Below are positions 28,785 through 38,581 of a stretch of DNA of 64,000 nucleotides, one piece after another. The stretch spans positions 233,363 to 297,362 of the forward strand of contig CAWKPH010000001.1 in assembly GCA_963851445.1 (NCBI GenBank), read 5' to 3'. This stretch comes from an uncultured bacterium (GTDB lineage: Bacteria > Patescibacteriota > Minisyncoccia > Phycocordibacterales > Phycocordibacteraceae). The translations under genes were made by a program, and so were the position numbers. The notes under the pieces were generated by a model. It made no database searches. It had not been told where the DNA came from and saw only the letters and a list, made by a program, of their open reading frames with translations. Every line of letters starts with the position of its first letter. Position 1 is the stretch's first letter.

Positions 28785-30311
28785 CTAAACGAATCCAGGA
28801 AAGAAATCTTTCTTTATGTTAAAACGAGACACACCAAGTTGGCTAAGTAGGTCACTAAAGGCGGTAATCATACCGTGAGGTCCAGATATATAAACGAGCC
28901 GCTGCTCATAATCTGGTATATAACTCAGAATCAGGTGTTGATCCACGGTCGCAGGATATTGTTTCGTGGCTAACATAGCAGGTGTTTGTTCTGTAATAAC
29001 TGGAATAATCCGTAAACCCAGTTCACGTACCGCCCTATTGAGAAGATCTCCATAGGCTATATCTTCGACTGTCTTGTTGGAATAAATCATTACAATATCG
29101 CGCTTCTCTTTTTTCTCGAGCATGTCTTCAATCATGCTTCGAAATGGTGTGACGCCAATCCCTCCTGCTATGAACACTAGTTTTTTCTTTTTATTTGCGG
29201 GAAGTGTAAAGTCGCCTGCAAGTTGTGAAGCAATTATTGGGTCTCCTCTTTTAAGGGAGAGGAGCTTTTTCTTGTAGGAGCTTGAGGGGTTGTAGAATTT
29301 AACACCAATTCGATAGTCAGTACTGTGCGGTGCTGAGGCAATGGTGAAATAACGACGTATGCCACGACTATCTGCCTTGTCGTGCGCAAGTGTCCATTCA
29401 AGATATTGTCCTGCAGTGAACTTTAGCTTTCTGTCTGAAGTAAAGACAAACTCATAGGTATCCTTTGCAAGTGGAATGCGATCCTTGAGGGTAAGTAGGA
29501 GCTTCATTTTCGGGCTCACGGCGTACACAAAGAGATTCCCCACAAGAAGTGCGAGTTCGGGCGTGAAATAGAAGGAGCCAATATGCACCTCAGGAGCAAA
29601 CAAAAACCCCACAAGCATCGCGTACCAAATACGCAAGAAGCGCGTTGGTGGTGTCGTAAGCGGTTCGGTCAGCATGACTGTCCCGAGAAAAACTGCGGGG
29701 GAATAAAGCAACGCTTCTTCCACGATATGGAATACCCCGCCTTGGACATACCCGAGAACAAGAACAGTTACGACAAGTGAGACACCGAACGCAAAAACCA
29801 TATCAAGACGTTTGATCTTGCGCGCAATAAGAAAACCGCCGAAGGCGACAAATGGCAACATCCAGAGTGTTCCCACCCACCACGTAGCTCCCTGATTAAG
29901 AAAAAATGCCGTAACTACGACACCAAAAGCTGCGGGGTTAAAGATATGTTTTTCTTTGAACGCAAAAATGTACTTTGAAGAAACCGATAGGGCAGCAGCC
30001 CATCCGGCAAGGGCAAGGAATTGGAAATCCCCAAATGCTGCTGGCGGTGTAATGATGAGCGCCAAAATGAGCGCCGTGATATAGGTTGATTCGGGATTAC
30101 TTGGGGCTTCGAAGAAGTATGCAAAGATCTTATTAACTACCCAGGCGATCACAAAAATGATCACCACAGAATAGAGAAGGTATTCCGGATTATATGGAAC
30201 CAAATGAAAGAAACCGAGTATTCCTGCTACCAGTAAAAGCCCAATGAGCTCGTACAATACAAGCTTGTACATCGTTATCTTATTCAAAATGTCATCGATG
30301 AAGCGCATCAT
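28785..30311 (-). CDS. NqrB/RnfD-like membrane domain fused to FNR-like FAD/NAD(P) oxidoreductase
   Basis: HIFNPAA, MLTEPLTTP; RRYFTIAS, IAGGIGVTPF, YISGP. Confidence 0.88.
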   Translation of the reverse strand: MMRFIDDILNKITMYKLVLYELIGLLLVAGILGFFHLVPYNPEYLLYSVVIIFVIAWVVNKIFAYFFEAPSNPESTYITALILALIITPPAAFGDFQFLALAGWAAALSVSSKYIFAFKEKHIFNPAAFGVVVTAFFLNQGATWWVGTLWMLPFVAFGGFLIARKIKRLDMVFAFGVSLVVTVLVLGYVQGGVFHIVEEALLYSPAVFLGTVMLTEPLTTPPTRFLRIWYAMLVGFLFAPEVHIGSFYFTPELALLVGNLFVYAVSPKMKLLLTLKDRIPLAKDTYEFVFTSDRKLKFTAGQYLEWTLAHDKADSRGIRRYFTIASAPHSTDYRIGVKFYNPSSSYKKKLLSLKRGDPIIASQLAGDFTLPANKKKKLVFIAGGIGVTPFRSMIEDMLEKKEKRDIVMIYSNKTVEDIAYGDLLNRAVRELGLRIIPVITEQTPAMLATKQYPATVDQHLILSYIPDYEQRLVYISGPHGMITAFSDLLSQLGVSRFNIKKDFFPGFV

Positions 30312-31054
30312 ACAGTGGTGTATTGTTCAAAATTACTCGTCATAACCGCATTACCCTTTACATCGATAGCGTAGGCTTCAAACTCAGGCAACGTTTCAAG
30401 AAATTGCATACCTTCCTTCCCCATCACGAAAGCGGCCGTTGCGTAACGATCGGCTTCATACACATTGGGACCAATTACGGTGAGACTCACGAAGTCATCG
30501 GGATTGTGATCCGGGTCATGCGGATTATAAAGATGCTTCCCGCGAACATACGTCCCTGACGTAGCAACGCCCCTGCCATGCGGATACATCACTTTTACCA
30601 CTTCCTCTCGAGCAAAGGGATTACGAACCCCGATGCTCCATTCTTTCCCTTGGCTAGTAACACCGTTCGTTTGAATGTCTCCTGCAATCTCCAGATAGAA
30701 ATCTTTAAATCCTTTGAGAGCGAGCTTGGCAGCAGCCTTTTGAATTGCCCAGCCCTTCACGAGACCTGAGGGATCGAACGAACCCCCCGGTGTAGTGACG
30801 CTGAAGTAGCCGTGCGTGGCTTTGAAGGTTTCCTTCGAGAGTTCAATCACTTCCCGCATTTCATTGCTGAACTCGTTTTCGCCGATCTCATGTCGGTTAA
30901 TCTTTGATACTTCGCTCTCGTCTTTGTAGGTGCTGAATCGTTTATCTACTTCAGTGAGGTAGTCAAAGATGCTGTCATAGTCGGTTTGTGTCGCGTTTGC
31001 ATCAACGATCTCAAGCAGCACGGGCATACCCATGATGAGTCGGGTCTGTCGCAT
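30308..31054 (-). CDS. apbE: FAD:protein FMN transferase
   Basis: IMGM, FSTYKDESEVSKIN, DPSGLVKGW, VATSG, ADRYATA. Confidence 0.92.
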   Translation of the reverse strand: MRQTRLIMGMPVLLEIVDANATQTDYDSIFDYLTEVDKRFSTYKDESEVSKINRHEIGENEFSNEMREVIELSKETFKATHGYFSVTTPGGSFDPSGLVKGWAIQKAAAKLALKGFKDFYLEIAGDIQTNGVTSQGKEWSIGVRNPFAREEVVKVMYPHGRGVATSGTYVRGKHLYNPHDPDHNPDDFVSLTVIGPNVYEADRYATAAFVMGKEGMQFLETLPEFEAYAIDVKGNAVMTSNFEQYTTV

Positions 31055-31056
31055 AT

Positions 31057-31620
31057 CTATGCTTGTGCCTGCGAGAGTGCACTTGCAAGAGACTGCTCGA
31101 AGGCAGCGCTTGAATCAGAGGCACCTGATACCCCGTCTACATTTGCGCTCTGCGCCTGGATAGCTTCAGCTTTTAGTTCTGGCATCGCCTGTTGATTAAT
31201 GAAACGCGAGGTGCTTCGATCGCTGGGATACTGCAAGAATACAACATCAGTTAGTTTCCCGCCTGAGATCACGGCCTCAACTTGAATATTGCCGTAGTAT
31301 GCATTAGCAGTGCTACCGGTATAGGTCCCATCTACATACTCACCTGTTGAGGTTTTCTGGGGGGGCGGTGTTTGCACTGGGGTAGGGGTAACCGAGACGG
31401 TGGGTTGGGTTGGTGTAGGAGTCGTATTCACCGGTGGTGCGGCTCCTGGGGCGCTGTTGGCGCTACTTACCGGGAATGTCACTGGGCCCGAGGTATTGGT
31501 GGGTGGAATAGTAACGGCCGTAACAGGTTGTTGGGCGTTTGTCGCATTGGTGAAATAGTTGTAAGTGGCATAGGCACCAAACGCTACAACAAAAAAGGCA
31601 GAGACAAGGAATTTCTTCAT
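31057..31620 (-). CDS. Extracytoplasmic FMN-binding domain protein
   Basis: N-terminal TM, Pro/Thr linker, YVDGTYTG, VDGVSGAS flavinylation motif. Confidence 0.9.
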   Translation of the reverse strand: MKKFLVSAFFVVAFGAYATYNYFTNATNAQQPVTAVTIPPTNTSGPVTFPVSSANSAPGAAPPVNTTPTPTQPTVSVTPTPVQTPPPQKTSTGEYVDGTYTGSTANAYYGNIQVEAVISGGKLTDVVFLQYPSDRSTSRFINQQAMPELKAEAIQAQSANVDGVSGASDSSAAFEQSLASALSQAQA

Positions 31621-31695
31621 AGAATCGAGTGGTTTATACTTAATAGTACGAGCAATTCCTGCTTTTATTTCATTATGGTGACTAACAAGGTTCAT

Positions 31696-32412
31696 TTAGA
31701 TCTTTTGGGCGAGGATAAAAATACTGGGTCCGAAATGTATCTTCGCAAACGGTACCTGTAGAACTTTTTCAAGTTGTAATGACGCATTCATTGGAAGAAG
31801 CCGTTTTAGCAAAGACGAACGCAGATTAGAGACTGACAATTCTTTTATAATCATAAAACCCTCCTCTCGTAAGGCCCTCTTGATACTAGCGGGATGATGG
31901 TTAACAAATGGGACTCCCATATTCTTGTTACCTATATGGGTGGTGGAAAGCAATATGGGACCAAATCTTTGTCTGATTCTTGCCTTGAAATTTGCAGAGT
32001 TCGGAAATTCCAAAAGAAAGAGTCCTTTCGGTTTGAGTATTCTTCCAATTTCACGGAAACTTGGCTTCGGGTGTAGCAAATGATGCATCACGCGTACCAT
32101 GACGACAAGGTCGCAAGATTCATCCGTAAGTCCTGTACATTCTGAGTTTCCTTCAAATTGCATCGGCGGGGTATGGGTGAACTTTTTTATTAGATCTAGC
32201 TGCACGTGCGCAGGATCGACCACAATCATTTTCTTGCTGTACTCAGATAAAATATCGACGAGACGACCGTACCCGCCTCCAATATCAGCTGTGGTGTCGA
32301 ATTTATGATCACCAAGGAGCTTTCGTATGGCAAATAGTTCTGCCTGATGCTCATATTCTCTACCATTCCAGAAATCGGGGTAGGAGAATCTAGGGTCGTT
32401 ATAGTACTTCAT
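31696..32412 (-). CDS. Class I SAM-dependent methyltransferase
   Basis: ADIGGGYGR, VRVMHH, RILKPKG. Confidence 0.9.
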   Translation of the reverse strand: MKYYNDPRFSYPDFWNGREYEHQAELFAIRKLLGDHKFDTTADIGGGYGRLVDILSEYSKKMIVVDPAHVQLDLIKKFTHTPPMQFEGNSECTGLTDESCDLVVMVRVMHHLLHPKPSFREIGRILKPKGLFLLEFPNSANFKARIRQRFGPILLSTTHIGNKNMGVPFVNHHPASIKRALREEGFMIIKELSVSNLRSSLLKRLLPMNASLQLEKVLQVPFAKIHFGPSIFILAQKI

Positions 32413-32594
32413 GCGAGCGAGACTTTATAACGCCGGCCACTACGACTCCCGTCGAGGGGCCGTAGTGGCCGAAACAGTTTTATGTAGCATTACCCGTAGT
32501 ACGTAGGAGCGATCAATTTATTACCTACAGTGAGCATCTCTCATTGAAACTATGTTCTAGGTAGTTCTGTTCTAAGAAATAAGACCAGGTTGCT

Positions 32595-32780
32595 ATGAAA
32601 TACCTTAAATATCTAGTGGTCATTGGGGACGTTGTTTTCATTTTCTGGATTCTCTACAACGCTATTGATTCTGGATTCCAAAATGCTGCAAGTCTTCAAA
32701 ATATTGCATTGTTCGGATTGATAGTCCTCCTTTTACTTAATATCACCCTCCTGTTTCGCGGTATATCCTTGAATAAGTAG
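32595..32780 (+). CDS. Small two-TM protein
   Basis: FIFWILYNAIDSGF; two hydrophobic helices. Confidence 0.65.
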   Translation: MKYLKYLVVIGDVVFIFWILYNAIDSGFQNAASLQNIALFGLIVLLLLNITLLFRGISLNK

Positions 32781-32790
32781 CGTGCTAGAT

Positions 32791-32970
32791 CTAATTACTT
32801 TTACTCTTAAGCAGTGATTGCAGCGAGATTATAATCACCATGATACTTAGAATACCCGTCAGGTATTCTACAACGGTATGAGTTTCCCCAACCTTAAATA
32901 GGTCATGCCACATGAGGAAATCAACAAAGAGAAACCCGAGAATGAGAACTACGTCAATTATCTTTTTCAT
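32791..32970 (-). CDS. 59-aa two-TM protein
   Basis: MKKIIDVVLILGFLFVDFLMWHDLFKVGETHTVVEYLTGILSIMVIIISLQSLLKSKSN*; translated by hand. Confidence 0.65.
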   Translation of the reverse strand: MKKIIDVVLILGFLFVDFLMWHDLFKVGETHTVVEYLTGILSIMVIIISLQSLLKSKSN

Positions 32971-33013
32971 GTATTTAGTAGTACCACAGAAGTTCTGTAG
33001 AAGTTACTCGCTC

Positions 33014-33739
33014 TCAAAATGTACCTGGCGTTAGCATCTGAATATGTTCAGCTTCTATGTATCCTCTCGGCTCAGGGTCACCGAACACGAGAACATCGTC
33101 TCCAATGTGCGGAAGCATGAGGCCGCTATTTGGTGGAATCTGTACCGTGAACATACCGTCGTCGCGATCGTAGTCATGATCATCATGGTACACAACGAAC
33201 GAAGTCTGACTGGTTGAAACAACTACACCCTCACAGAATCCTTCGTTTTCATGCGAATCAAAGATATGTTCATATGAAGAACCTATAATTGGTAATTCAT
33301 TTTTATCGGCAGATGTAAGTAGTATTTCGTGAAGCGGTGTAAAGTTGATAAGCACGCCAAGGACAATGCTTATTCCAATGATCCCAAGAAAGATATTCAG
33401 GAGCGGCAACCGGTAGCCGAACTTAAAGCCTTGCAAGAGCCACTCGAGTAAAAAGAGGAGCGCGATGGTAAAAAGCGTAGGTACCCAGGGGAAAAGTATG
33501 AAAAATACCTCGATGCCATGCAACCCAAAGCCGAGTAAGAACTGCTCCCCACTCTCATGGAGACTAAAGAGAATAAAACTGATAACGAAAGCCGATGCAA
33601 CAAGCAAGAGAACACTCACAACGACGGTCGCCACGACACGCATAACGAAATAGGAGCGTGGGCGGCGATGAATCTCCCCGCCTCGAACCTTATCGAGGAC
33701 TGCTTGCTGTATGGAATCTTTAGGCTGGTTGTCGTTCAT
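33014..33739 (-). CDS. Three-TM protein with C-terminal OB-like domain, putative anti-sigma partner
   Basis: ATGA overlap with the ECF sigma gene; TM helices. Confidence 0.6.
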   Translation of the reverse strand: MNDNQPKDSIQQAVLDKVRGGEIHRRPRSYFVMRVVATVVVSVLLLVASAFVISFILFSLHESGEQFLLGFGLHGIEVFFILFPWVPTLFTIALLFLLEWLLQGFKFGYRLPLLNIFLGIIGISIVLGVLINFTPLHEILLTSADKNELPIIGSSYEHIFDSHENEGFCEGVVVSTSQTSFVVYHDDHDYDRDDGMFTVQIPPNSGLMLPHIGDDVLVFGDPEPRGYIEAEHIQMLTPGTF

Positions 33740-34314
33740 AGTATAAACGCAGAAGCATCTGGCAGCACCTTTCTAAGATTCGCACGAGCGCGCGCTAAAC
33801 GCACCCCTACCGTACTCACAGGCACATGAAGCACGTCGGCTATTTCCCTATAACTAAGCTCTTCAAAGTAGAACAGAACGATTATTTCGCGCTGAGCAAC
33901 AGGAAGTACACTAAGACCTTTCTCTACTAGTACGCGGATTTCTTCACTTTCTTTCTCTTTCACATACTCGTCTTCGTGGATTGGATGCGAGACAATCTTG
34001 TCGAAATCAAGCCCATAAACTGGCTGCCTCGTTCTCTGTCGCAGGACGTCCACGAATGCATTATGCGCAATACGATATATCCAGGGTGAAAATCGTTGAT
34101 GCGTGTCGAAACCTTCTATATTCTGATACGCTGCTATAAAAATATCCTGTACTGCTTGGCGCAAAACATCTTCTCCCTGACCACCGAGAAACCGCTGTCC
34201 GTACCGCATTAATTTCGGCTCGTATCGTTGCATGAGCTCTGAAAGGGCGTGCTCATCACCACCTTGTAGGCGTTCGGCAAGTGTCTCATCAGTGCTGTCG
34301 GCAATATCAGGCAT
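33736..34314 (-). CDS. ECF-type RNA polymerase sigma factor
   Basis: VQDIFIAAY, FSPWIYRIAHN, LSYREIA...STVGVRLARAR. Confidence 0.93.
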   Translation of the reverse strand: MPDIADSTDETLAERLQGGDEHALSELMQRYEPKLMRYGQRFLGGQGEDVLRQAVQDIFIAAYQNIEGFDTHQRFSPWIYRIAHNAFVDVLRQRTRQPVYGLDFDKIVSHPIHEDEYVKEKESEEIRVLVEKGLSVLPVAQREIIVLFYFEELSYREIADVLHVPVSTVGVRLARARANLRKVLPDASAFIL

Positions 34315-34383
34315 GAAAGCTAAGTAACTATATCAGGAGTATAGAAATGGCCGGGCGTCGATACGCCCGGCCAAAAGTTCGTG

Positions 34384-35406
34384 TTAGAGATTCGCGGCTT
34401 TCCGCATGAGAGGTGCGATGTCTTCTTTTTTTACTCCCGCCGCAGCAAGCTGGTTGCCGTAAAGCCACCAGAACGCGACAACTCCTTGGTTGACGACCAT
34501 CGGAACGCCGTCGAGCGTAGCAAAGCCGAGTTCGCGTGCTTGTCGCAACATTGTTGTCTCGACATTCCTCAGGCGAACATCAGAGACGATGAGTGTTGAG
34601 GGCGCCGTTGCGAGGAGTTCAGCAGCTGAAGCGGCATTCGCCTCGATCGACTCCGGTGTGACCGGCAACTCCATGACGCCGAGGGTCGAGTAGTCATCGA
34701 GCGGTGACGTAGCATCGTCGATAACAGAGACCACTGCATCAGAAGTTGTCAGAAAATGCTGGAGCAATTCCCTGCTGCCGCCTACGGCCTTCTCATCATT
34801 GCGATACTCGTTCACGCTCTGCGCGAGTTCTCGAGCTCGCGACTCAGTCCGGTTCAAGATCGTAATATTGGCTCCTCGATCAGCAAGTGCAAAAGCAATC
34901 GCCCGCCCGGTTCCGCCAGCCCCGAGCATAAGAACGCGGGAGTCCTTGATGCTACGGCCTTGTGCGCGAAATGCTTCTTCGAGACTCTCAGCATATCCAA
35001 CGCCGTCAGTGTTATCGCCAATAAGTCTCCCATCAGCTTCTCTCTTAATGACATTCACCGCGCCGATCGCTTTCGCAAGCGGCGTTGTATCGTCAAGTTC
35101 GGGAATGATGAGCTCCTTGAATCCAGAACCCGAGCCACCGCCCGCATACTTCGGGTCGTCTCGCAGTGACGACACAATGTTGTGAACCTTTGCAGGATCG
35201 CCGACCACCATAGCCATCACAGCATTGATGCCGTATAGCTTGTAGAGCGCATTCCACATTGCCGGCGTCTTGCCGGGATAGTCGTGGTCGATAGGCGTGA
35301 TCGTGTAACGATCGTGCCGACGAAGTTCGTCGAACGACTGCGGGTTATTCGCTGGGCTACCCGCAAGAACCACGTGTGTTTCTAACATAGTTGTTCTTTC
35401 ATTCAT
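34384..35406 (-). CDS. Shikimate dehydrogenase-like protein (divergent)
   Basis: IGAVNVI..GDNTDGVG, LGAGGTGRA, LNRT, DGVPMVVNQG. Confidence 0.85.
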   Translation of the reverse strand: MNERTTMLETHVVLAGSPANNPQSFDELRRHDRYTITPIDHDYPGKTPAMWNALYKLYGINAVMAMVVGDPAKVHNIVSSLRDDPKYAGGGSGSGFKELIIPELDDTTPLAKAIGAVNVIKREADGRLIGDNTDGVGYAESLEEAFRAQGRSIKDSRVLMLGAGGTGRAIAFALADRGANITILNRTESRARELAQSVNEYRNDEKAVGGSRELLQHFLTTSDAVVSVIDDATSPLDDYSTLGVMELPVTPESIEANAASAAELLATAPSTLIVSDVRLRNVETTMLRQARELGFATLDGVPMVVNQGVVAFWWLYGNQLAAAGVKKEDIAPLMRKAANL

Positions 35407-35427
35407 GGTTGGTACGGGCAACGATAT

Positions 35428-35838
35428 TTAGAGGTACGCGAAGGTGGTCTTGGTGACTATAGAGTTTGGGCCGATTTCACTCGGTGACAAGTTGTAGAGA
35501 ATGCCGAGCTGGTAGATGAGCGACTGAGCGTCAGCGACGTCGGGCGTAGAGCCTTCAAAGTCACTGGGTTCAAGCTCAACGATGCGAGAGGCTTTCACCT
35601 CATGCACCTGAACAGGTATCTCAATATCGGGACAGACCCGGCCGAAGACACCGGCCCATTCAGCGCCGACTTTCTCAATGATCCTGACGCGCAGGATCTC
35701 GCCTTCCTGGAAACCTTTTGGGTCACCGTTCAGGCGTTTGCCGGGACGAAATATGGTGGTGACATGCCGATTCAGTACGAGATCGGCATAGATCCTCCTA
35801 AACCATATCTCGCCGCGGGGAGGGGTTGTTTCTGACAT
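35428..35838 (-). CDS. ASCH/PUA-like domain protein
   Basis: IWFRRIYADLVLNRHVTTIFRPG resembles the ASCH N-terminus. Confidence 0.45.
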   Translation of the reverse strand: MSETTPPRGEIWFRRIYADLVLNRHVTTIFRPGKRLNGDPKGFQEGEILRVRIIEKVGAEWAGVFGRVCPDIEIPVQVHEVKASRIVELEPSDFEGSTPDVADAQSLIYQLGILYNLSPSEIGPNSIVTKTTFAYL

Positions 35839-36006
35839 GCACGTTCTCCCGTGTACAAGTTGTTCCGTATTAGTACGGGTAATCTGGAACGAATATTACA
35901 CCTAATTGATTTGTTAAGACATGGGTATGAAAAAATCAGACTAGGGACTAGGAGTATCGAACTAAATTCGAGGGCTCGACATACAAAACAAGGGCTCTGA
36001 CTGCTG

Positions 36007-36077
36007 TGCGGGATAGGAGAATCGAACTCCTGCTATCAGTTTGGAAAACTGATGTTCTACCATTAAACTAATCCCGC
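36007..36077 (-). tRNA. tRNA-Gly(TCC)
   Basis: GCGGGAT..GGTAGAAC..tcagt-TTTCCAA-actga..GTTCGATTC..ATCCCGCA; no encoded CCA. Confidence 0.95.
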
Positions 36078-36159
36078 TTGGACTCGAGAATACCATATTT
36101 ACTCTGCTCACGCTCCAAAGAGCGCTGTATTTTTAACTTTTTTGCCGTAGCATAGGAAT

Positions 36160-37290
36160 ATGAAAAGAAACGGACTGCTGATTGGAGTTTGTGTCGTAGG
36201 AGTTATCATTGCGGCGACTGCAGCCTTCTACGTAGCTGACAAATCAGCCCCGAGTCCCCAAACAGTAACAACTGCATCCTCCACTACTGCCACTAGTACA
36301 CCTCTCCTAGCCACTACAACGTCAAGCACGGCTTCTTCGACACGGAGTGTTGCGAATATCGCCTCTGTAGCAAATATTGCCTCAGCAGCTACGTCAGAGG
36401 CTGCTCCTGCGCAAGATCAAGCGGTAGAGTCATCCCAAGAACTCACGGCATCTGGTGGCGCGCTTCTCAAGTCGCTCGTGAACATAGTGTGTCTTTCGGA
36501 TAACCCTTCTATACCTTCAATCTCCGGCTCAGGTGTCATAATCGACTCGCGTGGAATTATCCTCACCGCTGCACATGTCGCTCAATTTTTTCTCTTGCAA
36601 GACTATCTTGGGGAGAATTCTGTTGAGTGTCTCATACGCACTGGTAGTCCCGCGCGAAGAGCATACACTGCAGAGCCAATTTACGTCTCTAAGAGTTGGA
36701 TAGAGAATAACCCAGATACCCTCACCACAACGAATCCTAAGGGGACTGGTCAATATGATGTTGCTCTTCTCGCGATCACTGGCACCGCTACTTCCACTCC
36801 CCTTCCAAGTTCTTTTCCTGCAATCCCTCTTGCTACTACTGATCCGCAACCCAACGAGCAGGTTGCAGTTGGCTCCTATGGTGCACAATACCTCACCAGT
36901 ACTCAATTGAATTACTCGCTCTACCCCATCATTATCTTTGGCGATATTGTAGATCGTTACACCTACCAGGCTGGTAGCGTTGATGTAATTGCCGTTCAAG
37001 GGAGTGCAGCGGCTCAGGAAGGCTCATCGGGAGGAGGCATTGTGAACGCAGCGGGTCAGCTCGTTGGCACTATTACGACAAGCGCGGTTAACGGTACTAT
37101 AGCTAACCGTGTCCTCAATGCAGTTACTCCTGAGCATTTACGAAGCACCTATCTACTTGATACTGGAAACGATTTGGATACAGTACTCGGAAGCGAAAGC
37201 TTGTCTTCACTTGTTGCTGGATTCGCGAACGAATCTAAGATACTGGGTGCGCAATTAATGAGTGATGTGCAAACATCATCAGGAGCGTAG
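36160..37290 (+). CDS. Membrane-anchored trypsin-like serine protease
   Basis: SGSG, LTAAHV, YDVALL, GSSGG triad motifs; Ser/Thr linker. Confidence 0.88.
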   Translation: MKRNGLLIGVCVVGVIIAATAAFYVADKSAPSPQTVTTASSTTATSTPLLATTTSSTASSTRSVANIASVANIASAATSEAAPAQDQAVESSQELTASGGALLKSLVNIVCLSDNPSIPSISGSGVIIDSRGIILTAAHVAQFFLLQDYLGENSVECLIRTGSPARRAYTAEPIYVSKSWIENNPDTLTTTNPKGTGQYDVALLAITGTATSTPLPSSFPAIPLATTDPQPNEQVAVGSYGAQYLTSTQLNYSLYPIIIFGDIVDRYTYQAGSVDVIAVQGSAAAQEGSSGGGIVNAAGQLVGTITTSAVNGTIANRVLNAVTPEHLRSTYLLDTGNDLDTVLGSESLSSLVAGFANESKILGAQLMSDVQTSSGA

Positions 37291-37319
37291 CAGACTGCAC
37301 CAGCACTTAGTTACACTTT

Positions 37320-38093
37320 TTATACCACTTCTATTTCCACTCCGACTGCGTGGTGATCTGATCCGTGTGCATCAGCTTGAACTGTCGCATTTAGAACTTT
37401 GAATTGTTTTGAAATCAATATGTGATCGAGTTGAGAACGAGAAATATCATGCGTGATCTTACCTCGAAGTGGATTCCTGAAACCATGTTCGGCGAATCGT
37501 TTTTCAAATAGTGCTCGCTCAGGATAGTACGGCATCGCTTCTCGAATAGGTGCACCCAGTAACCAAGTTAGTATTTTCATCGGCGGGTATTCGATTACGT
37601 TAAAGTCGCCGGCTATGATTGTTGGCATATTTGCATCAACATATTTTGCTACGATACTGAATTCTTTTGCTCTATGTGTTGGCCCCCAAAGTATGAGATG
37701 CACTGAAAAGATTCGAACCTTCTTCCCGTTCAAGAGAATATCAGCGTATATCCCACCCCGACCCGACAGAAAAGCGAATTTCGCGACACGCATGAGATGA
37801 ATAAAGAGTCGGGTACGGAGCGAGACGGCGAGCTCAGGAAACTGGAATGTACCGTGTCCTACAATCTGGTGTTTTGAGAGAATCGCGACATAATTTTCTT
37901 CTCTTTGCTTAGAATAGGTTCGAACGACATCAATGTGGTATACGAGTTTGAATGGAAAGGTCTTTATAATGGCCAGCATTTCCGGCGTCAGTTCTTGGAG
38001 GCAAAATACGTCGAAATCGAGCGTTTCGATGAAATTACAGAGCTCCTTTACCTTCTTGTTGTTACAAAGCACATTCCAGGAATACACTTTCAT
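37320..38093 (-). CDS. Endonuclease/exonuclease/phosphatase family protein
   Basis: SWNV, LQE, GDFN, LDHI, SDH. Confidence 0.9.
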   Translation of the reverse strand: MKVYSWNVLCNNKKVKELCNFIETLDFDVFCLQELTPEMLAIIKTFPFKLVYHIDVVRTYSKQREENYVAILSKHQIVGHGTFQFPELAVSLRTRLFIHLMRVAKFAFLSGRGGIYADILLNGKKVRIFSVHLILWGPTHRAKEFSIVAKYVDANMPTIIAGDFNVIEYPPMKILTWLLGAPIREAMPYYPERALFEKRFAEHGFRNPLRGKITHDISRSQLDHILISKQFKVLNATVQADAHGSDHHAVGVEIEVV

Positions 38094-38131
38094 GCAGGAT
38101 ATATAGTGTAAATATTGATGAGGAAACCGTG

Positions 38132-38202
38132 TCGGGCTGCTGGGAATCGAACCCAGTCATCATGCTCCCAAAGCAAGCGTACTACCGGTATACGACAGCC
38201 CG
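38132..38202 (-). tRNA. tRNA-Pro(TGG)
   Basis: CGGGCTG..loop TTTGGGA..GGTTCGATTCC..CAGCCCGA. Confidence 0.93.
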
Positions 38203-38424
38203 TTACGCCACATTCTAGCAGGTTTTCTGATTTTATAGAATCTAGGCCATATATTGCGTTCACACTGTGCAAATGCCCTCTTATATCTATTCGAGAATAA
38301 TCCTCTCTAGGTTTCTAATGTCCTTTCTGGTTCTATTTCTTACGTTCGTGGCTTTTAAAAATATAGCCAATTTACTGAGTATTTCTATAAATCACTTATA
38401 GAACATTGCTATATTTGCTGTCCT

Positions 38425-38464
38425 TTATCCCCACTATGCACAGAGTTGTCCACAGTTATTCACA
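38425..38464 (+). promoter_or_regulatory. Tandem DnaA-box-like cluster
   Basis: TTATCCCCA, CTATGCACA, TTGTCCACA, TTATTCACA, co-oriented. Confidence 0.5.
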
Positions 38465-38581
38465 TGGGCGTCCTAAGGAGAGAGCCTGACTTACTACTTT
38501 TGGAGTAGTTTTATTATCCTCTAGTTCTTTGGTTATATCTCCAACTTTAAACTTTGGGGTGATGCTATCATTAAAACAATT

